Position numbers and translations under genes: made by a program. Below the pieces are notes generated by a model. That model did not search any database. It was not told the DNA's origin and saw only the letters and a list, made by a program, of their open reading frames with translations. DNA of 63,881 nt, the filler included, from Octopus bimaculoides (Eukaryota): assembly GCF_001194135.2 (NCBI RefSeq). It is 9 parts of 7 records of this genome, joined end to end, with 100 filler letters (N's around TTAATTAATTAA, not from the genome) between each part and the next. Parts side by side here need not be neighbours in the genome. Positions count along the whole stretch, not along the records: positions 48,643 to 51,813 come from NC_068992.1; positions 51,914 to 55,065 come from NW_026386425.1; positions 55,166 to 60,123 come from NC_068993.1; positions 60,224 to 61,768 come from NW_026411877.1; positions 61,869 to 63,881 come from NC_068981.1; 4 more parts are not named here. One strand, written 5' to 3'. This document shows, piece by piece, positions 50,267 through 61,913 of the stretch. Positions within the stretch are counted from its first letter, which is position 1. Each line of letters begins with the position of its first letter.

Positions 50267-51813
50267 GTCGTCGTCGTCGTAGTCATCATTATCAAGCATT
50301 TGACCTGCAAGAAATAGCAATCAAATATTCCTTAATTCACGCTCTTCTATTTCTTTTTGTTTTTTAAAAGAACCANNNNNNNNNNNNNNNNNNNNNNNNN
50401 NNNNNNNNNNNNNNNNNNNNNNNNNNNNNNNNNNNNNNNNNNNNNNNNNNNNNNNNNNNNNNNNNNNNNNNNNNNNNNNNNNNNNNNNNNNNNNNNNNNN
50501 NNNNNNNNNNNNNNNNNNNNNNNNNNNNNNNNNNNNNNNNNNNNNNNNNNNNNNNNNNNNNNNNNNNNNNNNNNNNNNNNNNNNNNNNNNNNNNNNNNNN
50601 NNNNNNNNNNNNNNNNNNNNNNNNNNNNNNNNNNNNNNNNNNNNNNNNNNNNNNNNNNNNNNNNNNNNNNNNNNNNNNNNNNNNNNNNNNNNNNNNNNNN
50701 NNNNNNNNNNNNNNNNNNNNNNNNNNNNNNNNNNNNNNNNNNNNNNNNNNNNNNNNNNNNNNNNNNNNNNNNNNNNNNNNNNNNNNNNNNNNNNNNNNNN
50801 NNNNNNNNNNNNNNNNNNNNNNNNNNNNNNNNNNNNNNNNNNNNNNNNNNNNNNNNNNNNNNNNNNNNNNNNNNNNNNNNNNNNNNNNNNNNNNNNNNNN
50901 NNNNNNNNNNNNNNNNNNNNNNNNNNNNNNNNNNNNNNNNNNNNNNNNNNNNNNNNNNNNNNNNNNNNNNNNNNNNNNNNNNNNNNNNNNNNNNNNNNNN
51001 NNNNNNNNNNNNNNNNNNNNNNNNNNNNNNNNNNNNNNNNNNNNNNNNNNNNNNNNNNNNNNNNNNNNNNNNNNNNNNNNNNNNNNNNNNNNNNNNNNNN
51101 NNNNNNNNNNNNNNNNNNNNNNNNNNNNNNNNNNNNNNNNNNNNNNNNNNNNNNNNNNNNNNNNNNNNNNNNNNNNNNNNNNNNNNNNNNNNNNNNNNNN
51201 NNNNNNNNNNNNNNNNNNNNNNNNNNNNNNNNNNNNNNNNNNNNNNNNNNNNNNNNNNNNNNNNNNNNNNNNNNNNNNNNNNNNNNNNNNNNNNNNNNNN
51301 NNNNNNNNNNNNNNNNNNNNNNNTATATATATATATATATATATACACACATGCACGCATATATATGTAGCTATGCATGTATATATGTACAACTGTATGT
51401 GTAAATAAAAACAACTGTGGTATTTCAGGAGATAAACGAAACAATAACAACGACAAAAACAAAAAAAAAAAAAAAAAAAAAAAAAAGAAAATCATCAAAT
51501 CATGCAAGAAAGAAAGAAAGAAAGAAAGAAAGACACAAATAGGGAAAGAAAGGAAGAAATGGAATGGAATAACAAAGAAAGTAAAGCTATGGAAAGGTAA
51601 AAAAAAGGTAAAAAAATGCAAACAAATAATAAAAAAAAATTATATCCCCAAAGGTCACAGCTGTAACAAAACAAAACCACTGAAATATTGTGTGTGTGTG
51701 TGTGTGTGTTTAGATGATTATATATATATATATGTATATATACAAAAATGTTTACTCGTATATATATACATGCATATATACATATATACCTACATACAAA
51801 TATCATATATATA

Positions 51814-51913
51814 NNNNNNNNNNNNNNNNNNNNNNNNNNNNNNNNNNNNNNNNNNNNTTAATTAATTAANNNNNNNNNNNNNNNNNNNNNNNNNNNNNNN
51901 NNNNNNNNNNNNN
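51814..51913. other. Artificial scaffold linker
   Basis: TTAATTAATTAA at 51858-51869. Confidence 0.95.
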
Positions 51914-52090
51914 TGGATTGTATACTTTTGGAGTAGTTGTTGCTTAACAGATCATTATTGAGCCTGATCATTTCTTCGTGGTGGGTATAACGATCGCTAC
52001 TTATATTCTTTGCTCGATGTTTTAGGCACTGAGCAATCCTTCTCTTTACACTGTATGGATGGTGGGAAATGAAGTTGAGGTATAACAACA
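51914..52090 (-). mobile_element. Penelope-like element fragment (post-RT region)
   Basis: YLNFISHHPYSVKRRIAQCLKHRAKNISS..EEMIRLNNDLLSNNYSKSI matches the SxHP..K....L..RA..I.S...E...L...L..NGYP pattern. Confidence 0.7.
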
Positions 52091-52258
52091 AATAAGATGA
52101 GGACAAATATCCATCGAATGTAAATAACGTAAATAATGTACATAATTCCTCATATCTGTTTGGAATTACTAAACCTTTTTTATTATCACCTTGGTCAAAA
52201 ATCGTAAATCTTGAATTAAATTAGCAACGAAATCTCTAAATAGCTGCAATATACTTAC

Positions 52259-52416
52259 CTCTCCCAAAACATCTTCAATCTCTTGGTGCAATTTTTCTTG
52301 GTGTTCAGGGTTTAATGCCATCAAATATGTAAAGAAGGTAAGAGTAGAAGCAGTAGTTTCATAACCAGCCAAGAAAAGTAATACGCATTGGGCCAAGATT
52401 TCATTGTCGGTAATTC
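52259..52416 (-). CDS. Cytochrome P450 (CYP3 clan) I-helix exon
   Basis: (G)ITDNEILAQCVLLFLAGYETTASTLTFFTYLMALNPEHQEKLHQEIEDVLGE; acceptor TTTTTCCTTAG (phase 1), donor GAG|GTAAGT (phase 0); 158 nt. Confidence 0.9.
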
Positions 52417-52496
52417 CTAAGGAAAAACAATATAAATATTATGATTAAATATCTTTTGTTCTGAGAGAAGTTCTTCTTATGTTTTTAGTCATTCTC

Positions 52497-52700
52497 ATAG
52501 GTGGCGTTCTGACAGAATCATTTGCACGGTGGGTAAAATGCTTAGTGCCATTTCGTCTGAGTTCAAATTTCGCCGAACTTGACTTTGACTTTCATCCTTT
52601 TGGAGTGGGTAAGATAAGTACCAGTCAAGTACTGGGATCGATGTAATCGACTTAAGCCCACCACCGACCTTGCTAGCCTTGTGCCAGGGTTTAAACCAAT
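52497..52700 (+). mobile_element. SINE family B in the CYP intron
   Basis: GGTGGCG..GCAGAATC-like head and GACTTTCATCCTTTTGG..GATAAGTACCAG core. Confidence 0.65.
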
Positions 52701-53221
52701 AATTATTCTGATAATATTGTTCTGAATTAGGGACCAGATTCTGATATTAATTAAAAATGTATAAGTGTGTAGATTAACATCATTCTTAAAAGAGTATATG
52801 AGAATGTTTAATATTATATATTAACCTTATAGCTATAGAAATAATATTTATAAAGCACACATGTACTGTTGATTTCCTATTATTTCCTTTTTGTTATTTC
52901 CTGCAGAAGATGGGTCTTGGACACAAACGACTGAAAGAAGCCACCGATGTGGTAGGCATGGCAGATGAAACCAGCTCAGGTTCGCTGTAGTTGACAAAAG
53001 ACTAAAGGTAGAACCCTTCGGCAAATGAACACCAATTCAGTCCTCGCTGTCCCGCTCAGGTGAAGTGTAGAGGTTAAGGGGTGAAATGCTTGTGACTCTG
53101 AGATACCAGGTGATGATGCAGAGAGGTTTCTGACATTCAGAAAAGTTTGTAATAACTCTAAGTGTCTCCTGCAGTTTCTGCATGGAGTAAAGCATCTCAG
53201 ATGCTTAATTCGCCAGAAAGT

Positions 53222-53385
53222 ATACGAAGTGGGTCTGAAAAGTTCCTGGAATTAAGGATATCGCAAAAATCCTAATTAGAAGCCCAACCTTCCGAGTTCT
53301 TTTACACGTCTTAGAAAACTTGAAGGACTGCTGCAATAAGTGAGTGAATCGGAGAGAGGAATATGCTGAGTAAATGAATATAACG
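53222..53385 (+). mobile_element. Mariner-type non-autonomous fragment
   Basis: TA|CGAAGTGGGTCTGAAAAGTTCCTGG terminus plus a remnant of the mariner C-terminal CNKCV..RGEYVE motif. Confidence 0.45.
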
Positions 53386-54497
53386 AGTTTAAATCGCTCT
53401 TCACTACATCATTCCAATTTTTATCCTTCTATTCTTTTACTGGTGACTGTCATGACCTGCAGCCATGCTGGGTTTGTAGACAATCATAATGAACCTTGTA
53501 CATATTTCATTCTGGAATTTATTCTTTTAGTTACACATCAATGTCTTGCATAGAGAGACTTCNNNNNNNNNNNNNNNNNNNNNNNNNNNNNNNNNNNNNN
53601 NNNNNNNNNNNNNNNNNNNNNNNNNNNNNNNNNNNNNNNNNNNNNNNNNNNNNNNNNNNNNNNNNNNNNNNNNNNNNNNNNNNNNNNNNNNNNNNNNNNN
53701 NNNNNNNNNNNNNNNNNNNNNNNNNNNNNNNNNNNNNNNNNNNNNNNNNNNNNNNNNNNNNNNNNNNNNNNNNNNNNNNNNNNNNNNNNNNNNNNNNNNN
53801 NNNNNNNNNNNNNNNNNNNNNNNNNNNNNNNNNNNNNNNNNNNNNNNNNNNNNNNNNNNNNNNNNNNNNNNNNNNNNNNNNNNNNNNNNNNNNNNNNNNN
53901 NNNNNNNNNNNNNNNNNNNNNNNNNNNNNNNNNNNNNNNNNNNNNNNNNNNNNNNNNNNNNNNNNNNNNNNNNNNNNNNNNNNNNNNNNNNNNNNNNNNN
54001 NNNNNNNNNNNNNNNNNNNNNNNNNNNNNNNNNNNNNNNNNNNNNNNNNNNNNNNNNNNNNNNNNNNNNNNNNNNNNNNNNNNNNNNNNNNNNNNNNNNN
54101 NNNNNNNNNNNNNNNNNNNNNNNNNNNNNNNNNNNNNNNNNNNNNNNNNNNNNNNNNNNNNNNNNNNNNNNNNNNNNNNNNNNNNNNNNNNNNNNNNNNN
54201 NNNNNNNNNNNNNNNNNNNNNNNNNNNNNNNNNNNNNNNNNNNNNNNNNNNNNNNNNNNNNNNNNNNNNNNNNNNNNNNNNNNNNNNNNNNNNNNNNNNN
54301 NNNNNNNNNNNNNNNNNNNNNNNNNNNNNNNNNNNNNNNNNNNNNNNNNNNNNNNNNNNNNNNNNNNNNNNGTATGTATGTATGTATGTATGTATGTAAA
54401 GAAATCAATTTGAAAATTATTATGATAGGTACAACAACAAAGCTGGTCAGTTTTCGATACTGCTGAATGAGAAACTGCATGTGAGTTACATACAAAC

Positions 54498-54618
54498 CTC
54501 TTTTAGTTCGCCAGTCAGTTATATTTTCTAAGTGAAGTTCCTTTTCTACCTCTGGGAGCAATGTCTCATGACCCTTCAGTTGAGCCTTTATCATAAGATT
54601 TAAAAGGTTTTTGTGCAT
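54498..54618 (-). CDS. Cytochrome P450 exon upstream of the I-helix exon (H helix and H-I loop)
   Basis: Acceptor TTGTTTTGTAG, MHKNLLNLMIKAQLKGHETLLPEVEKELHLENITDWRTKR-G|GTTTGT. The 121-nt exon ends in phase 1 and joins in frame (G+GA = Gly) to 52416; it resembles CYP3A HRVDFLQLMIDSQ. Confidence 0.8.
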
Positions 54619-54878
54619 CTACAAAACAATTTACAAAAATCAATGATAATCTTAATCGCTAAATTAAAAATAATAAATTAATTCAGATAAACAAACTTAA
54701 ATACTTGTAGTCTAATCAAACTCATCATGCCTGTGGTTTTGTTACCACACAGCTCTAGGTTCAGTCCCAATGCCTTGTGAGCAAATGTTGTAGATGGAAA
54801 CTAGTTGCTGTTCTCATAGATAGCACGATAGACGAGAAAACATTTAGCTGCTATTTCTAAATAACACATACTGAACTT

Positions 54879-55040
54879 AGGTGCAGGAATGGCTGTGTGG
54901 TAAGAGGTTTTCTTCCTAATCACATAGTTTTAGGTTCAGTCCCACTGCGTGGCATCTTGGACAAGTGCCTTCTTACTATAGCCTCATTCCGACCAAAGCC
55001 CTGTGAGTGAGTTTGGCAGACGGAGACTAAAAGAAGCCTA
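54879..55040 (+). mobile_element. SINE family A 5' half, diverged
   Basis: AGGTGCAGGAATGGCTGTGTGGTAAG..GGTTCAGTCCCACTGCGTGGCA. Confidence 0.7.
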
Positions 55041-55065
55041 TCACCTGTGTGTGTGTGTGTGTGTG

Positions 55066-55165
55066 NNNNNNNNNNNNNNNNNNNNNNNNNNNNNNNNNNN
55101 NNNNNNNNNTTAATTAATTAANNNNNNNNNNNNNNNNNNNNNNNNNNNNNNNNNNNNNNNNNNNN
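55066..55165. other. Artificial scaffold linker
   Basis: TTAATTAATTAA at 55110-55121. Confidence 0.95.
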
Positions 55166-55219
55166 TAAGGGAAGAGAGAGGGAGAGAGAGGGAGAAAGAA
55201 AGAAAGAAAGAAAGTAAGT

Positions 55220-55262
<43 letters not shown>

Positions 55263-55330
55263 GAAAGAAGGAAGGAAAGAAGGAAGGAAAGAAGGAAGGA
55301 AAGAATAATAATAACAATAATAATAATAAT

Positions 55331-55521
55331 CCTTCCTATAATAGGCACAAGGCCTGAAATTTGGGGGAGAGGATAGTCGATTACATCGACCCCAGTACTC
55401 AACTGGTACTTAATTTATTGACCTCGAAAGGACAAAAGGCAAAGTTGACCTCGGTGGAATTTGAACTCAGATCGTAGCGACGGGCGAAATACCGCCAAGC
55501 ATTCCGTCTAACGTGCTAACG
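55331..55521 (-). mobile_element. SINE family B
   Basis: Reverse complement of the family B sequence; AAT-rich flanks. Confidence 0.75.
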
Positions 55522-55815
55522 ATTATGTCAGCTCACCGCCTTCATATAACAATAATAACAATAATAATAATTATTATTATAATTATAATTATAATTATAT
55601 CATTTTTGTTTTGTTTTTAACAATACAAATGAAAAAACTAAAGCATGTTGAAAATTTTTTAAAGCGAAATAATTTGTACCAACCATCCAACATCCTAGAA
55701 CAATATTCACAAAATATGACTAATTATTCTATATATGCAAGGCGAGAACAACAGATTGATTTTTTTGTGATATTTCTATACATATTATAATTGTTGCTAG
55801 GCGCTCACCATATTG

Positions 55816-56430
55816 TACCAGCTGGACAAAACTGTTAACGGAAAAACATCCCAATATTTCTACTGGAGACTAGTTGAGAGTATGAGCTATGATGGCCTAG
55901 GATTGAATCTGTGTATCGACGGGAACTGTCTGCGTGGTCTCTTCTGGCAATGCTATTGGGACTCATTGTCTGTTCGAGACAAGCTCTTCTGGCATGGAAG
56001 TGCCAGCAGCCGAAATTGTCCGAGATACATACTGGGGAACGAAACCGTTCTGCATGCAATCGTTCAGTATCCGTGCATTAGAGATTTGTGGGCTTGTGTT
56101 GAGTAACTGCTGTCCCATGTAAAACGAATCTAGCTATCCGCTGAGTGTATAGTGAATATTGACGAACCACCTTCCTTTAGCAGAGAAGGAAGGCAGATTT
56201 TTCTCTGCTTAGTGGCTGTGGCAAAAGGAGCTGTACGATGGACACACCTGAAAGATTTGAAGACAGGCACTTTCCTATCTGGTCAAGCTCTCATCAATTT
56301 CTTCAAATGTCAAGAGGAAGGTAAGGGTAGAGCTGGAGGGGCTACCTTCTAGTGAGTTTATCGAAAAGTGGACGAGAGTGACATACTGGTGAGACTAAAT
56401 AGATCTATTTTGAGTCTGCTTTTCTAAGTA
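55816..56430 (+). mobile_element. L1/Tx1-clade LINE 3' end (zf-RVT to ORF end), degenerate
   Basis: FWQCYWDSLSVRDKLFWHG..NCPRYILGNETVLHAIVQYPCIRDLW; FLCLVAVAK; GTFLSGQALINFFK. Confidence 0.7.
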
Positions 56431-57040
56431 GGGGGAAAGAAACTGGAAGATGGCGCTTCTCATGCCTTAGAGACGGCAGAATAATTCTGGACTTTTGCTA
56501 GGTATTTGCCTCGAATTACCTTATCTCGTACTTTTAGATTGTCCTCCGTGTCTTGGGAACTTCTGGCTAATAAAATAAATTGTTATTATAATATGAAACC
56601 TCACAGATTATTTTGCTGGGTATGACGGAAAGTGTCATAAGTCCACAGCCAGCAGACTAAGGTGACACTTTTTTTAACTGGTCATGCTTCAAGAACCCTG
56701 TGAAGGGATCTTGCAGTTCTAAGCAATGCTTTTTGTAAGGTGTTCTACCTTCACACTTGCACCTATCTTTTTCAGCCATGTTGGTATTTGAGTGCTTATA
56801 CTTCTAAGGGCACCAATTACTACTGGCATGCCGTCACCTCTCTTCATCGATTACAACCTTCGTATTTCCCACTTCAAATCATCATAGTTGTTTATTTTTT
56901 CTTCTTCTTTCACATTGATCCAGTTGTCACCGGGGTAAGCTATGCTGATTATCATACATGTTCATTTTTTTTTATTCACCACAACAATGTCTGGTTTCCT
57001 GTGTCTGGTCGGGTGATCGCACTGGATCATTAGATCCCAC

Positions 57041-57112
<72 letters not shown>

Positions 57113-57365
57113 GGTAGTGTGCTAGGGGTCGATGTAGCACACTGGGGTCGATGTAATCGGCTTAGTTCTTCTCCCCACCCGCGAAGCTGCTGGCCTTGTG
57201 TAAAAATTTGAAACCATTATTATTATTATTATTATTATTATTTAGTAGTAGTAGTAGTAGTAGTANNNNNNNNNNNNNNNNNNNNNNNNNNNNNNNNNNN
57301 NNNNNNNNNNNNNNNNNNNNNNNNNNNNNNNNNNNNNNNNNNNNNNNNNNNNNNNNNNNNNNNNN

Positions 57366-57406
<41 letters not shown>

Positions 57407-58082
57407 TCTAAATTTGACCATTTTCAGACCCGGCCATATTACGGAATACAGCTAACCCGTCATCTCGATATAATCCTATGCTACGTTATATTTTTTTAAT
57501 ATATGTAGTATATATAATTTCACTAATTTTAATATTTCATTTCTATCAGATAAGCATGGATACATCAAAAAAATTCATTTTCTTCGCCCAGAAGGGCTCG
57601 TCATAAGACAGCAAAGATTTCCATGTGTTCGTTATTGTACTAATGTCATTATTAGTTGTGGTGAAGAATACATTTTCGAATTTAAATGCTTAAATGCTTG
57701 CCACACCGATATATAGAAAACGGGGAATTATACACCCACTGATATGACAGAAAACTTGCCGGGTTGTAATAAACGTGGAATGTGCACCTGAAACAACATC
57801 AAATTAAAATATCCATTTGTGTACCATACTTAACGTATGTACAACATTAAAAGGCATCCTGCTGTGTTGTTTAGTCTGATAAAAACATCTCATCATAGAC
57901 ATATGCTAAAAACACGATATATATCGGCACGGGGCAAATATCGTCTCTGCAGTGACCCATAAGAACGCTAGACGCGTTTCGACATTCTTGAGCATTGTTG
58001 CTGTTGTAATTTTTAAACTTTACATTTTCTTTACTGAGTCCATTTCAAATATTTCAGGATCTCTGCTTGGAGAAACGAGAAG

Positions 58083-58803
58083 TCTTTTATTTACTCTTTT
58101 ACTCTTTTACTCTTTTACTTGTTTCAGTCATTTGACTGTGGCCATGCTGGAACACCACCTTTGGTCGAGCAAATCGATCCCGGACTTATTCTTTGGAAGC
58201 CTATTACTTATTCTATCGGTCTCTTTTGCCGAACTGCTAAGTTACGGGGACGTAAATACACCAGCATCGGTTGTCAAGCGATGTTGGGGGGACAAACACA
58301 GACACACAAACATACACACGCACATACATACATANNNNNNNNNNNNNNNNNNNNNNNNNNNNNNNNNNNNNNNNNNNNNNNNNNNNNNNNNNNNNNNNNN
58401 NNNNNNNNNNNNNNNNNNNNNNNNNNNNNNNNNNNNNNNNNNNNNNNNNNNNNNNNNNNNNNNNNNNNNNNNNNNNNNNNNNNNNNNNNNNNNNNNNNNN
58501 NNNNNNNNNNNNNNNNNNNNNNNNNNNNNNNNNNNNNNNNNNGTGGCACCTTGGGCAAGTGTCTTCTACAATAGCCTCGGACCGACCAAAGCCTTGTGAG
58601 TGGTTTTGGTAGACGGAAACTGAAAGAAGCCCGTCATGTATATATATACATGACGGGCTTCTTTCAGTTTCCGTCTACCAAAACCACTCACAAGGCTTTG
58701 GTCGGTCCGAGGCTATTGTAGAAGACACTTGCCCAAGGTGCCACGCAGTGGGGCTGAACCCGGAACCATGTGATTCGTAAGCAAGCTACTTACCACACAG
58801 CCA
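58083..58803 (-). mobile_element. SINE family A spanning a gap, with a perfect fold-back at 58543-58744
   Basis: 3' half at 58083-58333 and 5' half at 58644-58803; 58543-58643 is the exact reverse complement of 58644-58744. Confidence 0.8.
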
Positions 58804-59756
58804 TACCAAACTGAATTTGATAATTTGCAGATGTGGGGCCATTGTTGAAGAAGAAGATGTTTTCTACCTCATTACTTTTGATACGCTTTTTAGACTCTCT
58901 CATTAGACATTATACAGTCTTTTTCTTTTTATTCCGATAAGAACTGTTCACACACACACATATCATCTTTTATCTTTTACTTGTTTCAGTCATTAGACTG
59001 CGGACATACTGGAGCACCTCCTTAAAGAATTTTAGTCGAACGAAACGACCCTAGCACTTTTTTTTTTTTAAACCTATTTTATCGGTCAGTTTTGCCGAAT
59101 CTCTATCTTACGGAGATGTAAGCGCAGCAACACCGGTTATCAAGTGGTGGTGGAGGAGGTGGACAAACACAAAGTTTTATGAAGTGCCACTCTGATGTAA
59201 TCAACCACAAATATTACATAACTTTTCACATGAAATCATTTATGTGCAATAGTGATCACAACGGAGTGCTTCTTAAACAACTGTAACTAGTAATAAAAAA
59301 TATGCTAAACTCTTTCTTCGTCTACTTATTTGGGTTATAAATATATTATATATATAATGTGTGTGCTTGTGCGCACGCGTATGCGTGTATGTGTGCATGT
59401 ACACACACGCACGTGTATGCACCCACACACACATACATGCACACACATGCACACATAATGTATACGGGAATAAATACTTTTCATTCCTGTACGACGTAAC
59501 ATCAATTCTAGTATGCAATTATATCTACATCTTGTGTAGTGCCAACTTTACACCTGACGTACCCAATGCACACATTCCTCTTTATGGCTCCTTGGCTATT
59601 CACTTAGCTTTCGTCTTTAGTTTTATTCTGTGAACTATGAGTGTACCTTTAGCTTTCATTGCTCTTTTTCGTTCCTTGATTTATTGCCTCCTTCTGTTCC
59701 CTCCTTTAGTCTATTCTGATGAGTCGTAGTGCGCATGAGCATTGTGTAAAATAAAA

Positions 59757-60060
59757 CCAGTTGGCAGAATCGTTAAAATGACTGAAAAATACTCAGCGAT
59801 GATACTTCCAGCTCTTTATGTTCTGAGTTCAAATCCCGACGAAGTCTATTTTAAGCTGACTGAATCATTAGCACGCCGGACGAAATGCTTAGTGGCATTT
59901 CGTGTCTGACTTTACGTTCTAAGTTCAAATTCTGCCGAGGTCGATTTTGCCTTCCGCCTTTTTCGGGGTTGATAAAGATACGTACCAGTTGAGCACTGGG
60001 GTCGATGTAATCGACTCACCCCCTCCCAAAATTTCAGGCCTTGTGCCTTTAGTAGAAAGG
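59757..60060 (+). mobile_element. SINE family B with two tandem heads
   Basis: Two TGAGTTCAAAT/AAGTTCAAAT B-box heads followed by one core. Confidence 0.65.
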
Positions 60061-60089
60061 GTTGTTGCTGTTGTTGTTGTTGTTGTTGT

Positions 60090-60123
<34 letters not shown>

Positions 60124-60223
60124 NNNNNNNNNNNNNNNNNNNNNNNNNNNNNNNNNNNNNNNNNNNNTTAATTAATTAANNNNNNNNNNNNNNNNNNNNN
60201 NNNNNNNNNNNNNNNNNNNNNNN
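60124..60223. other. Artificial scaffold linker
   Basis: TTAATTAATTAA at 60168-60179. Confidence 0.95.
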
Positions 60224-60374
60224 AGCAACACTCATCCACATATAATACATTTATATATTCTACTGATACAACTGAAATACAAAGAAAAGAGATAAAAGAA
60301 GAAAGAAAGAAATTCTCAAGTTTTATACTGCAAATTTTGAGCGAACGACAGAAAGAAGAAGAAGAAGAAGAAGA

Positions 60375-61768
60375 ATGGTAAAAGCACCTGCTATCGGAAT
60401 CGATCTAGGAACAACCTATTCTTGTGTAGGTGTGTTTCAACACGGTAAAGTGGAAATAATTGCCAACGATCAGGGAAACAGGACAACACCAAGCTATGTG
60501 GCTTTCACCGATGCCGAAAGGCTGGTGGGTGACGCAGCGAAAAACCAAGCGGCCCTCAACCCTGAGAACACGGTGTTCGATGNNNNNNNNNNGAACACGG
60601 TGTTCGATGCCAAACGTTTAATTGGACGTCACTTTAACGATACGTCCGTACAAAGCGACATGAAACATTGGCCATTCCGAGTGGTGAACAGAAACGGTAA
60701 TAAAGCACATGTACAAGTGGAGTACAAGGGAGAGCAAAAGCAGTTCTCAGCCGAAGAGATTAGCTCGATGGTATTGAGTAAAATGAAGGAGACAGCCGAG
60801 TCGTACCTGGGCTGTAAAGTGACAGACGCAGTAGTAACGGTGCCAGCTTACTTTAACGACTCTCAGAGACAGGCAACGAAAGATGCAGCTAGTATAGCTG
60901 GTTTGAATGTGTTGAGAATCGTCAACGAACCAACGGCCGCCGCACTCGCCTACGGTCTCGAGAAAAACTTATCTGGTGAGAAGAACGTTCTGATCTTCGA
61001 CTTGGGCGGTGGTACGTTCGATGTTTCCATCCTGACAATCGACCAAGGATCTCTTTTCGAGGTGAAAGCTACAGCTGGCGACACACATCTCGGAGGAGAA
61101 GACTTCGACAACCGGCTCGTTGACTACTTTGTCGAAGAATTCAAGCGTAAACACAAGAAAAATCTGAAACAAAGTCCACGCTCTATCAGACGTCTGCGTA
61201 CTGCATGTGAACGAGCAAAACGAACGCTATCGAGCAGTTCAGAAGCTTCAGTAGAGCTGGATTCTCTGTATGAAGGCATTGATTTTCACTCGAAGATNNN
61301 NNNNNNNGAGCACGCTTCGAGGATCTTTGCAGTGACCTCTTCCGATCGACTCTAGAACCAGTTGAGAAAGCTCTGCGAGACGCCAAACTCGATAAATCCA
61401 GCATCGACGACATCGTGTTGGTCGGTGGATCGACACGCATTCCCAAAATCCAGAAATTACTTGCCGACTTCATGCAAGGAAAACCCATCAACAAATCCAT
61501 CAACCCAGACGAAGCTGTCGCCTACGGAGCTGCCGTACAAGCTGCTGTTCTGTCTGGAGACACGAGCGATTGCATCAAAGACGTACTACTTGTAGATGTA
61601 GCACCGTTATCTCTTGGAATCGAAACGGCTGGTGGTGTGATGACCAAACTTATCGAGCGTAACAGCAGAATACCGTGTAAGGCATCCAACGTATTCACTA
61701 CGTATTCAGATAACCAGCCGGCTGTTTCCATTCAGGTGTTCGAAGGAGAAAGAGCAATGACAAAAGAC
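60375..61768 (+). CDS. hsp70: Cytosolic heat shock protein 70, intronless inducible type; about 454 codons, 3' end missing at the scaffold edge
   Basis: Signatures [22 protein letters not shown] and [15 protein letters not shown]; [41 protein letters not shown]. The two 10-N gaps explain the apparent duplication and frameshift. Confidence 0.95.
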
Positions 61769-61868
61769 NNNNNNNNNNNNNNNNNNNNNNNNNNNNNNNN
61801 NNNNNNNNNNNNTTAATTAATTAANNNNNNNNNNNNNNNNNNNNNNNNNNNNNNNNNNNNNNNNNNNN
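61769..61868. other. Artificial scaffold linker
   Basis: TTAATTAATTAA at 61813-61824. Confidence 0.95.

Positions 61869-61913
<45 letters not shown>

Noticed and set aside
51914-52106. EMIR as the P450 K-helix ExxR exon
   Set aside because: The surrounding residues fit the Penelope post-RT pattern, not a P450.
57968-57990. Minus-strand GAAAC-GC-GTC hammerhead half
   Set aside because: No CUGANGA core at a plausible distance.
8883-60060. tRNA genes
   Set aside because: The A/B-box sequences are SINE heads followed by SINE bodies; none gives a complete cloverleaf by eye.
60290-60374. Heat-shock elements in the GAA-rich leader of HSP70
   Set aside because: These are direct (GAA)n repeats, not alternating nGAAn/nTTCn arrays, and they lie in the likely 5' UTR.
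61290-61320. HSP70 frameshift suggesting a pseudogene
   Set aside because: The shift falls exactly in a 10-N placeholder gap; about 5 nt restore the frame.
52259-61768. Stress/detoxification gene cluster (P450 plus HSP70, and LRAT further upstream)
   Set aside because: The genes lie on different scaffolds separated by synthetic linkers; no evidence of linkage.
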